DNA from: an uncultured Anaerolineae bacterium
GTDB taxonomy: Bacteria > Chloroflexota > Anaerolineae > VGOG01
Reading direction: 5' to 3'
Assembly: GCA_964400825.1 (NCBI GenBank)
Contig: CAYNWI010000001.1
Location: 1,166 to 33,067, forward strand
DNA length: 31,902 bases
In this document: positions 14,630 through 22,461 of the stretch, in pieces
Position numbering within the stretch: position 1 is the first letter of the stretch
Layout of the letters: every line of letters begins with the position of its first letter
Program-made: the position numbers and the translations under genes
The notes under the pieces: generated by a model
What the model saw: the letters and a program-made list of their open reading frames with translations, nothing else
Told to the model about the DNA's origin: nothing
The model's database searches: none

Positions 14630-15976
14630 ATGGATTCTGAAGAACCTCTTGGAGATAAGCCTCCCCCCCGTAGCCCAAATCGTCCTCCGATTTGGAAAAG
14701 CGTGGGCGAGGCGCAGTGGAATGATTGGCGGTGGCAGCTTACCCATCGCCTCAGCACAGCCGAAGCATTGGCCCAGGTTATCCACCTCACACCCGAAGAA
14801 GAGGCGGCGCTAGCTGCCCCAGGCCACTTTCGGGTTGATATCACCCCCTATTTTGCCAGCCTGATGGACCCCACCGACCCAACCTGCCCCATCCGTCGTC
14901 AGGTCGTCCCGACGGCCCATGAACTGGAACCCTTCGACCCAGCCACGGCCGACTCGTTGAACGAAGACCGCCACTCCCCCGTGCCAGGGCTGGTCCACCG
15001 CTATCCCGATCGGGTGCTGATGCTGGTCACCACCCAGTGCGCCAGCTACTGCCGCTTCTGTACCCGCAGCCGGGTGGTGGGCGACCCCACGGTCCAGTTC
15101 AGCCGCACCGATTACGATCAGCAGCTCGACTACATCGCCCGCACGCCGCAGGTGCGGGACGTGCTCCTCTCAGGGGGCGATCCTCTGACGCTGCCCCCCA
15201 GGGTACTGGAGGGTTTGCTCAGTAGCCTGCGGGCCATCCCACACGTGGAGGTCATTCGTATCGGTACCCGCGTGCCTGTCTTTCTGCCCATGCGGATTAA
15301 CGAAGAACTGACGGCCATGTTGCGGCAGTTCCACCCCCTGTGGATGAACATCCACTTCAATCACCCTAAGGAAATCACACCAGAGGTGCGCCAGGCCTGC
15401 GAGATGCTGGCCGACGCCGGCATCCCCTTGGGGTCGCAGACGGTGCTCCTGGCCGGGATCAACGACTGTCCCAACGTCATCAAGGCCCTGGTGCACGAGC
15501 TGGTCAAGATCCGCGTCCGACCCTACTATCTCTACCAGTGCGACCCGGTGCACGGCACCAGCCACCTCCGCACCCCGGTAGCCAAGGGGATCGAGATCAT
15601 CGAAGCCCTGCGGGGCCACACCAGCGGCTTCTGCATCCCCACCTACGTCATCGACGCGCCAGGTGGTGGGGGCAAAGTGCCTATCATGCCCCAGTACCTC
15701 ATCAGCCAATCGGACACACGGGTGGCGGTGCGCAACTTCGAGGGCTTCGTCAGCACCTACCCCCAGCCCACGGACTACCAGCCCCACAACCCGGCCCTTT
15801 GCGCCTATTGTCAAACGGCGCGGCCAGAGCCGGGTCAGGAAGGAGTGGAGGGGCTGCTGGCTGGTCAGGCCACGACCATCGCCCCTGAGGGCTTCGATAG
15901 GGTGCACCAGCGCCAGACCCGCATCGCCTGGCAGTCAGTCTGGCAAGTGCCGACAGTAGTCAAGGAAGTGGTCTGA
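14630..15976 (+). CDS. kamA: KamA-family radical SAM aminomutase (lysine 2,3-aminomutase-like)
   Basis: WNDWRWQL, LVHRYPDRVL, CASYCRFC, LLSGGDPL, HFNHPKE, YLYQCD, YVIDAPGGGGK (PLP lysine). Confidence 0.95.
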   Translation: MDSEEPLGDKPPPRSPNRPPIWKSVGEAQWNDWRWQLTHRLSTAEALAQVIHLTPEEEAALAAPGHFRVDITPYFASLMDPTDPTCPIRRQVVPTAHELEPFDPATADSLNEDRHSPVPGLVHRYPDRVLMLVTTQCASYCRFCTRSRVVGDPTVQFSRTDYDQQLDYIARTPQVRDVLLSGGDPLTLPPRVLEGLLSSLRAIPHVEVIRIGTRVPVFLPMRINEELTAMLRQFHPLWMNIHFNHPKEITPEVRQACEMLADAGIPLGSQTVLLAGINDCPNVIKALVHELVKIRVRPYYLYQCDPVHGTSHLRTPVAKGIEIIEALRGHTSGFCIPTYVIDAPGGGGKVPIMPQYLISQSDTRVAVRNFEGFVSTYPQPTDYQPHNPALCAYCQTARPEPGQEGVEGLLAGQATTIAPEGFDRVHQRQTRIAWQSVWQVPTVVKEVV

Positions 15977-17091
15977 TGCCCAGTTTCAGAGTTGCTCTGC
16001 TGTATAACCTGAAGCACAACGCCCCCCAGGAGCCCGGTGCTCCGCCCGACGCCCTGGCCGAGTATGACTCCATAGAGACTGTCCAGGCCCTTGAGGATGC
16101 TCTGCGGGCCGGTGGTCACCAGGTGATCCCTTTGGAAGGGGACAAGACGCTGTTGGACACCATTCGCCAAGCCGATCCCGACATCGCCTTCAACATCTGC
16201 GAGGGGCATCGGGGTGATGCCCGGGAATCTCAGGTGCCGGCCCTGTTGGAGATGCTGGACATCCCCTACACGGGTTCCAAAATCCTGGCTCAGGCTATCT
16301 CTCTGGACAAGGCCATAGCCAAGCGGGTGTGGCGGGACTGCGGCCTGCCCACTGCTCCTTTCCAGGTCTTCTACCACGAGCACCAGCCACTGGATGAGCA
16401 ACTGGCCTTTCCCCTGTTTGTCAAGCCGGCGCGTGAGGGCTCAGGGATGGGGATCAACGGCCACTCCGTCGTCCACGATGAGGCCGATCTGCGAGAGCAA
16501 GTGCGTTGGGTGCTCCAAACCTACCGCCAGCCGGCCCTGGTGGAAGCGCATCTACCAGGGCGGGAGTTCACTGTGGGCCTCATTGGCAACGTCATGGCAC
16601 CGGGGGAGCGGCCGTGGAAGGGCACCCTGACCGACCGAGAGTGCCGGCTGTACGACGAACGGGGCTTCCATCTTTTTCCGGTGTTGGAGATCGACTCCCA
16701 GGCGAGTGTCGGTCAGGGACTGTACAACGCAGAAGCCAAGTCCTACCACCCTGGTGAGGAAGGGGCGCCCCTCTACCTTTGCCCGGCGGACATTCCCTCG
16801 GACCTGGAGGCCGAACTGAAGCGTTTGGCCGTAGCCGCCTTTGAAGTCATTGGGGCCCTGGACGTGGCCCGGGTGGACTTCCGGCTGGGTGCTGGCGGGC
16901 AACCTTACCTCATAGAAATCAACACCCTGCCAGGCCTGAACCCGACGGTGAGCGACCTGTGCATCGTGGCCCGCGCCGAGGGGATGCATTACCCAGACCT
17001 GATCAACGAGATCCTGAACCTGGCGATAGATCGCTACGGATTGGGGTGGGATATGGGCTTCTCTTCCCGCTTCCGCCGGCCATTCCTATAG
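15976..17091 (+). CDS. Ddl-like ATP-grasp ligase 1
   Basis: FNICEG, PYTGS, LDKAIAK, FVKPAREGSGMGI, GREFTVG, ARVDFR, EINTLPGL; TGATG coupling to kamA. Confidence 0.9.
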   Translation: MPSFRVALLYNLKHNAPQEPGAPPDALAEYDSIETVQALEDALRAGGHQVIPLEGDKTLLDTIRQADPDIAFNICEGHRGDARESQVPALLEMLDIPYTGSKILAQAISLDKAIAKRVWRDCGLPTAPFQVFYHEHQPLDEQLAFPLFVKPAREGSGMGINGHSVVHDEADLREQVRWVLQTYRQPALVEAHLPGREFTVGLIGNVMAPGERPWKGTLTDRECRLYDERGFHLFPVLEIDSQASVGQGLYNAEAKSYHPGEEGAPLYLCPADIPSDLEAELKRLAVAAFEVIGALDVARVDFRLGAGGQPYLIEINTLPGLNPTVSDLCIVARAEGMHYPDLINEILNLAIDRYGLGWDMGFSSRFRRPFL

Positions 17092-17129
17092 ATAAATGGC
17101 CGAGGACGGAGAAGCCGAAGGAGGTGACG

Positions 17130-18314
17130 ATGCATTCAGACGAAAAGCCTCCTGGGGTGGTTGTGTTGTACAACCACAGCCAAGGGCTGGTGAAGGGCGA
17201 GCCTCGCGACCTGCTGGCGGAACAGGGGGTCATCGCCTGCGCCCATGCCATAGCGGAAGCGCTCCACATGGCCGGTCGGCGGGTGGAGTTGGTGCCCATC
17301 TACAGCGATGTAGAGTTGGCGCTGGCATCGTATCCTCCTCTGGACTGGGTGGTTTTCAACCTGGGGGAAGGGCTGGCGGGGCGACTCTTCGAGGAAGTAC
17401 GCATTGCCTGGGCTTTGGAGGCCATGGGCTACGCCTTTACCGGCTCGGGAGGGGATGCCATCCTCCGCTCGACCCATAAGGAACAGGCAAAGACGCTGCT
17501 GGCCGAGGCGGGCGTGCCAACTCCACCCGGGCGGATCTTTTACGACCCGGGGGAAGTGGAGGAGCACAGTGTCGCTACGCTCCCCTTCCCTCTCATAGTC
17601 AAGCCGGTAGCTGAGGACGCCAGTCTCGGAGTCAGCACAGACGCTGTGGTACACACCCCAGCAGCCTTGCAAGCGCGAGTGGCCTACGTGGTAGAGCGTT
17701 ACCGGCAGGGAGCGCTGGCGGAGCAGTTCATTGGCGGACGGGAGTTCAACATCTCCTTATGGGGCCATCTGCCACAAGTTCTGCCCCTGGCGGAGATAGA
17801 CTTCAGCGCCTTTGACGATCCTTTCCAGCGCATCGTTTCCTTTGCTGCGAAGTGGGAAGAGGACTCTTTTGCCTACAACCATACCCCTGTGGTCTGCCCG
17901 GCTAACGTGGCGTCGGTTCTCCGTGACCGCATTATTGCCACTGCCCAGCGGGCCTGGAGAGCCATCGGCTGCCGGGGCTACGCACGGGTCGACATGCGTG
18001 TGGCCGCCGATGACACGCCCTGCGTCGTGGAGGTTAACTGCAATCCCGACATCTCGCCGGATGCCGGCTTCTTCCGCGCCGCTCGTGCCGCCGGGTACAA
18101 CTACGTGGGGATGGTCACTCATATTCTGAACCTTGCCTTAAGACGGCGCAACACCTGTGATTACGAAAGCGAAAGAGCAAGATGGCTCACAAGTTCTGCA
18201 TCTAACCGCCGCCGCTGGCGTTTTCAAGCCAGACGAAGTGGCCTGCGTCCAGGAGTTATGGGACGCTTACCTGCGACAGGGCGAAGCCAGTGGCTACGTT
18301 TTTTTGGTTTATAA
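17130..18314 (+). CDS. Ddl-like ATP-grasp ligase 2 (homology ends near 18150)
   Basis: FNLGEG, FTGSG, VKPVAEDASLGV, GREFNIS, GYARVDMR, EVNCNPD; AAGGAGGTGA RBS before ATG 17130. Confidence 0.88.
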   Translation: MHSDEKPPGVVVLYNHSQGLVKGEPRDLLAEQGVIACAHAIAEALHMAGRRVELVPIYSDVELALASYPPLDWVVFNLGEGLAGRLFEEVRIAWALEAMGYAFTGSGGDAILRSTHKEQAKTLLAEAGVPTPPGRIFYDPGEVEEHSVATLPFPLIVKPVAEDASLGVSTDAVVHTPAALQARVAYVVERYRQGALAEQFIGGREFNISLWGHLPQVLPLAEIDFSAFDDPFQRIVSFAAKWEEDSFAYNHTPVVCPANVASVLRDRIIATAQRAWRAIGCRGYARVDMRVAADDTPCVVEVNCNPDISPDAGFFRAARAAGYNYVGMVTHILNLALRRRNTCDYESERARWLTSSASNRRRWRFQARRSGLRPGVMGRLPATGRSQWLRFFGL

Positions 18315-18747
18315 GAACGGGGACCGCCTCCTGGGCTACGCCTGCTTCGGGCCTCACACGCTGACCGAGGGGACCTTCGACCTGTACTGGATTGCCGTAG
18401 ACCCGGAGGCGCAGGGGCAGGGCATCGGCCACGCCCTGCTGGCGCGGGTGGAAGAGGAGGTGCAGGCCCGAGGAGGCCGGCTGCTGCTGGTAGAGACATC
18501 AGGCACCGCGGCGTATGCCCCAGCTTGTCGCTTGTATGAATCCTGTGGCTACCATTACGAAGCGGCAGTCCACGATTTTTATGCTCCTGGCGATGACCTG
18601 ATCCTCTACACCAAACCCCTCACGCCCACACCGATGATGAAAACGCCATGTTATCCCTTGATGACGCCCAACGGCACGACCCTGGCCACCTTGCGAGCGA
18701 CTCCCGTCGAGTGTACTACGTTGACCACTCGGTCTACATCCTTGTAG
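18157..18747 (+). CDS. GNAT family N-acetyltransferase (homology ends near 18620)
   Basis: GYACFGP, DLYWIAVDPEAQGQGIGHALL, VETSG...Y, DFYAPGDD. Confidence 0.88.
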   Translation: MITKAKEQDGSQVLHLTAAAGVFKPDEVACVQELWDAYLRQGEASGYVFLVYKNGDRLLGYACFGPHTLTEGTFDLYWIAVDPEAQGQGIGHALLARVEEEVQARGGRLLLVETSGTAAYAPACRLYESCGYHYEAAVHDFYAPGDDLILYTKPLTPTPMMKTPCYPLMTPNGTTLATLRATPVECTTLTTRSTSL

Positions 18748-20102
18748 GCATCAGGAGCCTCCTCGGCCAGACCAGACATGCTGCCGCCCCGCACGATGAT
18801 GCCACTTTCCGCCAACTCCCGTTGTAACTCCTGTCCCCGGATCTTCTTCCTGGCTGCGCTCCGGCTCATGACCCGCCCCGCCCCGTGGCAGGAGGTGCCA
18901 AAGGTCTTCTCCATAGCCTCAGTGGTACCCACCAGGACGTAGGAGGCCGTGCCCATGTCGCCGGGGATCAAGACTGGCTGACCCACCTCTCGATAGTCGG
19001 CAGGCACATCCTTCATCCCCGGCCCGAAGGCCCGCGTGGCCCCTTTGCGGTGGATGATCAGTTTGGTGGGTTTTCCGTCAATGGGGTACTCCTCTACCTT
19101 GGCGATGTTGTGAGCCACGTCGTAGACCAGAGTCAGCTCGCGGTCTTTGACCACGCCAGCCAGCACGTCGTCCACGACTTGGCGCACGCGGTGGGCCAGA
19201 ACCTGGCGGTTGGCCCAGGCGTAGTTGGCGGCGCAGGCCATGGCGGCGAAATAGTCGCGTCCTTCGGGCGAATCGAAGGGAGCGCAGACCAGCTCTCGGT
19301 CGGGCAATTTGATGCCGTATTTGGTCACTGCCTGCTGCAGGTCGCGCACGTAGTCGGTGCACACCTGATGGCCCAGGCCCCGCGAGCCGGTGTGGATCCA
19401 AACCACCAATTGGCCCTCGAACAGGCCGAAGGCATCCGCTATCTCCCGGTCGTAGACCTCCTCCACCTCGCCCACCTCGACGAAGTGGTTGCCTGAGCCC
19501 AGGGTTCCTAATTGATCAGCGCCTCGCTTCTTGGCCCTTGGGCTCACCACCCTTGCTTCAGCCCCAGCCAAAGCCCCCTGCTCCTCGGTGTGCTCCAGGT
19601 CGTCTTTCGTGCCGTAGCCCTGGCTCACCGCCCAGGCCGATCCCTTCTCCAAAACGTCGTCCATATCCCGGTGAGAGAGCCTGATGTCCCCGCTGCGGCC
19701 CACGCCGCTGGGCACGCCTTGGAAGAGGGCGTTGACGATCTCATCCATGATGGGCTTGACTTCTTCGGCCATGATATTGGACCTGAGAAGCCTGACGCCG
19801 CAGTTGATATCGTAACCCACAGCCCCAGGCGAGATGACCCCGTCGGAGGTTCTCAGGGGAATCACCCCACCGATGGGCGGGCCATAGCCCTGATGGATGT
19901 CGGGCATGGCCAGGGTGTACTTGACCACGCCGGGCAGCGTCGCGGTGTTGATCAACTGCTCTACGGAGCGATCCTTCAACGCTGCCTCTAAAAGCTCCTC
20001 GTCGGCGTATAGCCGAGCCGGCACCCGCATGTCGGGCCGAAAACTCTTTGGAATCTCGTAAACGTATTCCTCTACTCGCTTCATGTCCTTCTTGTCAACC
20101 AT
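18651..20102 (-). CDS. rtcB: RtcB family RNA ligase
   Basis: MPDIHQGYG, GYDINCGVR, GTLGSGNHF, HTGSRG, HNIAK, HRKGA, SCHGAGR. Confidence 0.96.
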   Translation of the reverse strand: MVDKKDMKRVEEYVYEIPKSFRPDMRVPARLYADEELLEAALKDRSVEQLINTATLPGVVKYTLAMPDIHQGYGPPIGGVIPLRTSDGVISPGAVGYDINCGVRLLRSNIMAEEVKPIMDEIVNALFQGVPSGVGRSGDIRLSHRDMDDVLEKGSAWAVSQGYGTKDDLEHTEEQGALAGAEARVVSPRAKKRGADQLGTLGSGNHFVEVGEVEEVYDREIADAFGLFEGQLVVWIHTGSRGLGHQVCTDYVRDLQQAVTKYGIKLPDRELVCAPFDSPEGRDYFAAMACAANYAWANRQVLAHRVRQVVDDVLAGVVKDRELTLVYDVAHNIAKVEEYPIDGKPTKLIIHRKGATRAFGPGMKDVPADYREVGQPVLIPGDMGTASYVLVGTTEAMEKTFGTSCHGAGRVMSRSAARKKIRGQELQRELAESGIIVRGGSMSGLAEEAPDAYKDVDRVVNVVHSTGVARKVARVVPLGVIKG

Positions 20103-20138
20103 TTGTTCCTCCTTCCGCGTTCTGCTTATCGCTTGTGA

Positions 20139-20543
20139 CTACACGTCGAACACGATGGTGGCCACGAGACCGCTCGGTGTTTCCTCAATAGCCAGATCGT
20201 GAAAAGTGGCCGCTTTGATGGCTTTGGTCTTGTGCTTGGTTGGGCCGCCGATCACGTGGGCCTTGAGCTTCGTGGGCAAGAGGGTCTCGATGGCGAACTG
20301 GGAGTAGGTCTCCCCTTCCACCTCGTGCAGATAGATGAGCTCGTTCAGCCAATCAACCAGCAGGCCCTCGTAGTCGGTCGCCTCCAGCGTCACCTCGCGC
20401 TCGCAGGTCGTTTCTTTAGATGGCTCAGCCATCAGGGCGAACATGCCACAGGCGGCGTTGGCGAAAAGCTCCTTCATGTCCCGCCCGTAGACCCTTATGG
20501 CCAGATCAGCCGTGTGCTCGATCTCCTCAAACCCTTCACTCAT
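20139..20543 (-). CDS. Archease
   Basis: FEEIEHTADL, LLVDWLNELIY, IKAATFHDL, FDV C-terminus; adjacent to rtcB. Confidence 0.93.
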   Translation of the reverse strand: MSEGFEEIEHTADLAIRVYGRDMKELFANAACGMFALMAEPSKETTCEREVTLEATDYEGLLVDWLNELIYLHEVEGETYSQFAIETLLPTKLKAHVIGGPTKHKTKAIKAATFHDLAIEETPSGLVATIVFDV

Positions 20544-20573
20544 CCCTCATCCCTCGTTACTCATTACTCGTTT
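20539..20573 (-). repeat. Heptamer tandem repeat x5 at the ribF/archease junction
   Basis: Plus strand CTCATCC CTCATCC CTCGTTA CTCATTA CTCGTTT. Confidence 0.8.
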
Positions 20574-21497
20574 CTCTTCAACCAGAATGCGGCGAGCTTT
20601 GGCGATGTCCCGCTCTATCTGACTCTTTAGCTCCTCGACGTCGGCGAAGCGTCGTTCATCGCGCAGGCGCTCTACGAACTCCACCACCAGGTCGCAGCCG
20701 TAGATCACTTCTTCGAAGTCCAGGATGTGCACCTCCACGATGCGCTGGCCGCTGGCCTCGAAGCTGGGCCGCACGCCGACGTTGGCCACGCCCTGATGAC
20801 GTTCCTCTCCCAGCCCGGCGTAGATGGCGTAGATGCCGTCGGCGGGGACGACCCGCTCCTTTCGCACTTCCAGGTTGGCGGTTGGAAAGCCCAGGCAGTG
20901 CCCCCGCTGACTTCCCCGTACCACTTCGCCGGCCAGGCTGGGATACCGGCCCAGCAGTTGAGCGGCCTGGCGCACTTTCCCTTTCAGTATCAGGGAGCGG
21001 ATACGGGTGCTGGATATGATCTGCCCCTGCCAGGTCAGTGGCTCGATGACTCGTACAGTGAAGCCCAGCTCCTGCCCCATGGCTCGCAGAGCCTCTACGT
21101 CCCCTTCGCGCCCGCGTCCTAGCGCGAAATCCGCCCCCACCCAGAGTTCCGCTATATGCAGGTGGCGGCGGACCTGGGCTATGAAATCCTGGGCGGAGGT
21201 CTGCGCCATCTCCTGATCGAAGGGCAGGATAGCCAGGATGTCCAGGCCCAGCCTCTCCAGCAGGGCGGCCTTTTCGCCGGGTGTGCTCAGGTAGCGGGTT
21301 GGGTTGTAGGGCGAAAGCACCGCGCCGGGATGGGGATGGAAGGTGATCAAGCCAGCCAGACGCTTTGTTTGTCTGGCCTCCTCGACCATTTGCTGGATCA
21401 GGTGCTGGTGCCCCCGATGGACGCCGTCAAAAGCCCCGACGGTGAGAATGGTATCGCTATTTAGATTGGCGGACGACAGGGCATCAATTATTTCCAT
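20547..21497 (-). CDS. ribF: Bifunctional riboflavin kinase/FAD synthetase
   Basis: VGAFDGVHRGHQ, TFHPHP, VGADFALG, ISSTRIR, GFPTANL, EVHILDF, LRDERRF. Confidence 0.96.
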   Translation of the reverse strand: MEIIDALSSANLNSDTILTVGAFDGVHRGHQHLIQQMVEEARQTKRLAGLITFHPHPGAVLSPYNPTRYLSTPGEKAALLERLGLDILAILPFDQEMAQTSAQDFIAQVRRHLHIAELWVGADFALGRGREGDVEALRAMGQELGFTVRVIEPLTWQGQIISSTRIRSLILKGKVRQAAQLLGRYPSLAGEVVRGSQRGHCLGFPTANLEVRKERVVPADGIYAIYAGLGEERHQGVANVGVRPSFEASGQRIVEVHILDFEEVIYGCDLVVEFVERLRDERRFADVEELKSQIERDIAKARRILVEEKRVMSNEG

Positions 21498-21500
21498 TCA

Positions 21501-21534
21501 ACGAGTCAGCGAATCAGCGAGTCAGTACTCGCTG
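21501..21534. repeat. 8-mer tandem repeat with a short IR
   Basis: ACGAGTCA GCGAATCA GCGAGTCA; CAGCGAGT/ACTCGCTG. Confidence 0.55.
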
Positions 21535-21555
21535 TGATGCTACGCCGCCAGGACG

Positions 21556-22461
21556 CTAGGACGCCGTAAATACTTTATGCGGTTGCCAGAGACCCGTCTG
21601 GGGGTCGTGTCTCAGGATGGCGATCAATTCCCCTTTTTGGGAGTAGGCGCGGCGGAGTTCATGTCTCCATTCCCCCCCTGCAATCGGGGGGGGCAAGGGG
21701 GGGGCTTCAACCTGCTGACCGTGGCGGATGCGCTGCTCCGCCTGGGCGTCAACCACTACGGGTTCGAAATCCAGCAAGGCTTCGTCCAGAGGATGTATGA
21801 ACTCTCGCCAATTTCCCTGAGCGAGGGCCTCCAGGCTGACCGCCTTTTCCAGGGTGAAGTGGCCGCTGGCCAGGCGGGTCAGGCTGTGCAGATGGGCCCC
21901 GCAGCCCAGCTTTTGGCCCAGGTCGCGGGCCAGGGCGCGGACGTAGGTGCCTGGCGAGCATTCCACTCGAATGATAAGTAGCGGCGGCGTCCAGGCGAGC
22001 AGCTCGATGTCGTGGATCTCAACCGGGCGCGGCTCTCGCTCTACGGTGATGCCCCGGCGAGCCAGCTTGTACAGGGGTGTGCCCTCGCGTTTCAAAGCCG
22101 AATACATGGGCGGCACCTGCTGGATGGGGCCGACGAAAGAGGCCAGGGCTTCTCGTACCTCTTCCTCGCGCACATCCACCTCGGCTGTGGCGGTCACTTC
22201 GCCCTCGGCGTCGTGGGTGTCGGTGCTCACCCCCAGGCACATCTGGGCCAGATAGACCTTGTCGGCCATGAGGTACTCGGCCACGCGAGTGGCCTGCCCC
22301 AGGCAGACGACCAGCACTCCTGTGGCCGAGGGGTCGAGGGTGCCGGCGTGGCCCACCCGTCGCTGGCCGGTCATCTGCCGTACCCGATCCACGACGTCGT
22401 GGGAGGTCATCCCCGCGGGTTTATCAACGTTGAGGATGCCGGAAATCTGCTGGCCCCTCAC
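21556..22461 (-). CDS. truB: tRNA pseudouridine(55) synthase
   Basis: DKPAGMTSHDVV, GHAGTLDP, QVPPMYSALK, CSPGTYVRAL. Confidence 0.96.
   Translation of the reverse strand: MRGQQISGILNVDKPAGMTSHDVVDRVRQMTGQRRVGHAGTLDPSATGVLVVCLGQATRVAEYLMADKVYLAQMCLGVSTDTHDAEGEVTATAEVDVREEEVREALASFVGPIQQVPPMYSALKREGTPLYKLARRGITVEREPRPVEIHDIELLAWTPPLLIIRVECSPGTYVRALARDLGQKLGCGAHLHSLTRLASGHFTLEKAVSLEALAQGNWREFIHPLDEALLDFEPVVVDAQAEQRIRHGQQVEAPPLPPPIAGGEWRHELRRAYSQKGELIAILRHDPQTGLWQPHKVFTAS

Noticed and set aside
14630-15976. kamA as EpmB of the EF-P beta-lysylation system
   Set aside because: No efp or epmA nearby; 448-aa length and WNDWRWQ N-terminus fit the clostridial-type KamA
15976-18160. Ligases as housekeeping D-Ala-D-Ala ligase or Van resistance genes
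   Set aside because: No mur/fts or vanH/vanX/vanRS context, and the Ddl substrate loop is not conserved; a phylogeny is still needed to be sure
14630-18747. Simple ablAB osmolyte operon
   Set aside because: Two coupled ATP-grasp genes separate kamA and the GNAT, and the GNAT core (~155 aa) is shorter than AblB as recalled; acetyl-beta-lysine as an intermediate is not excluded
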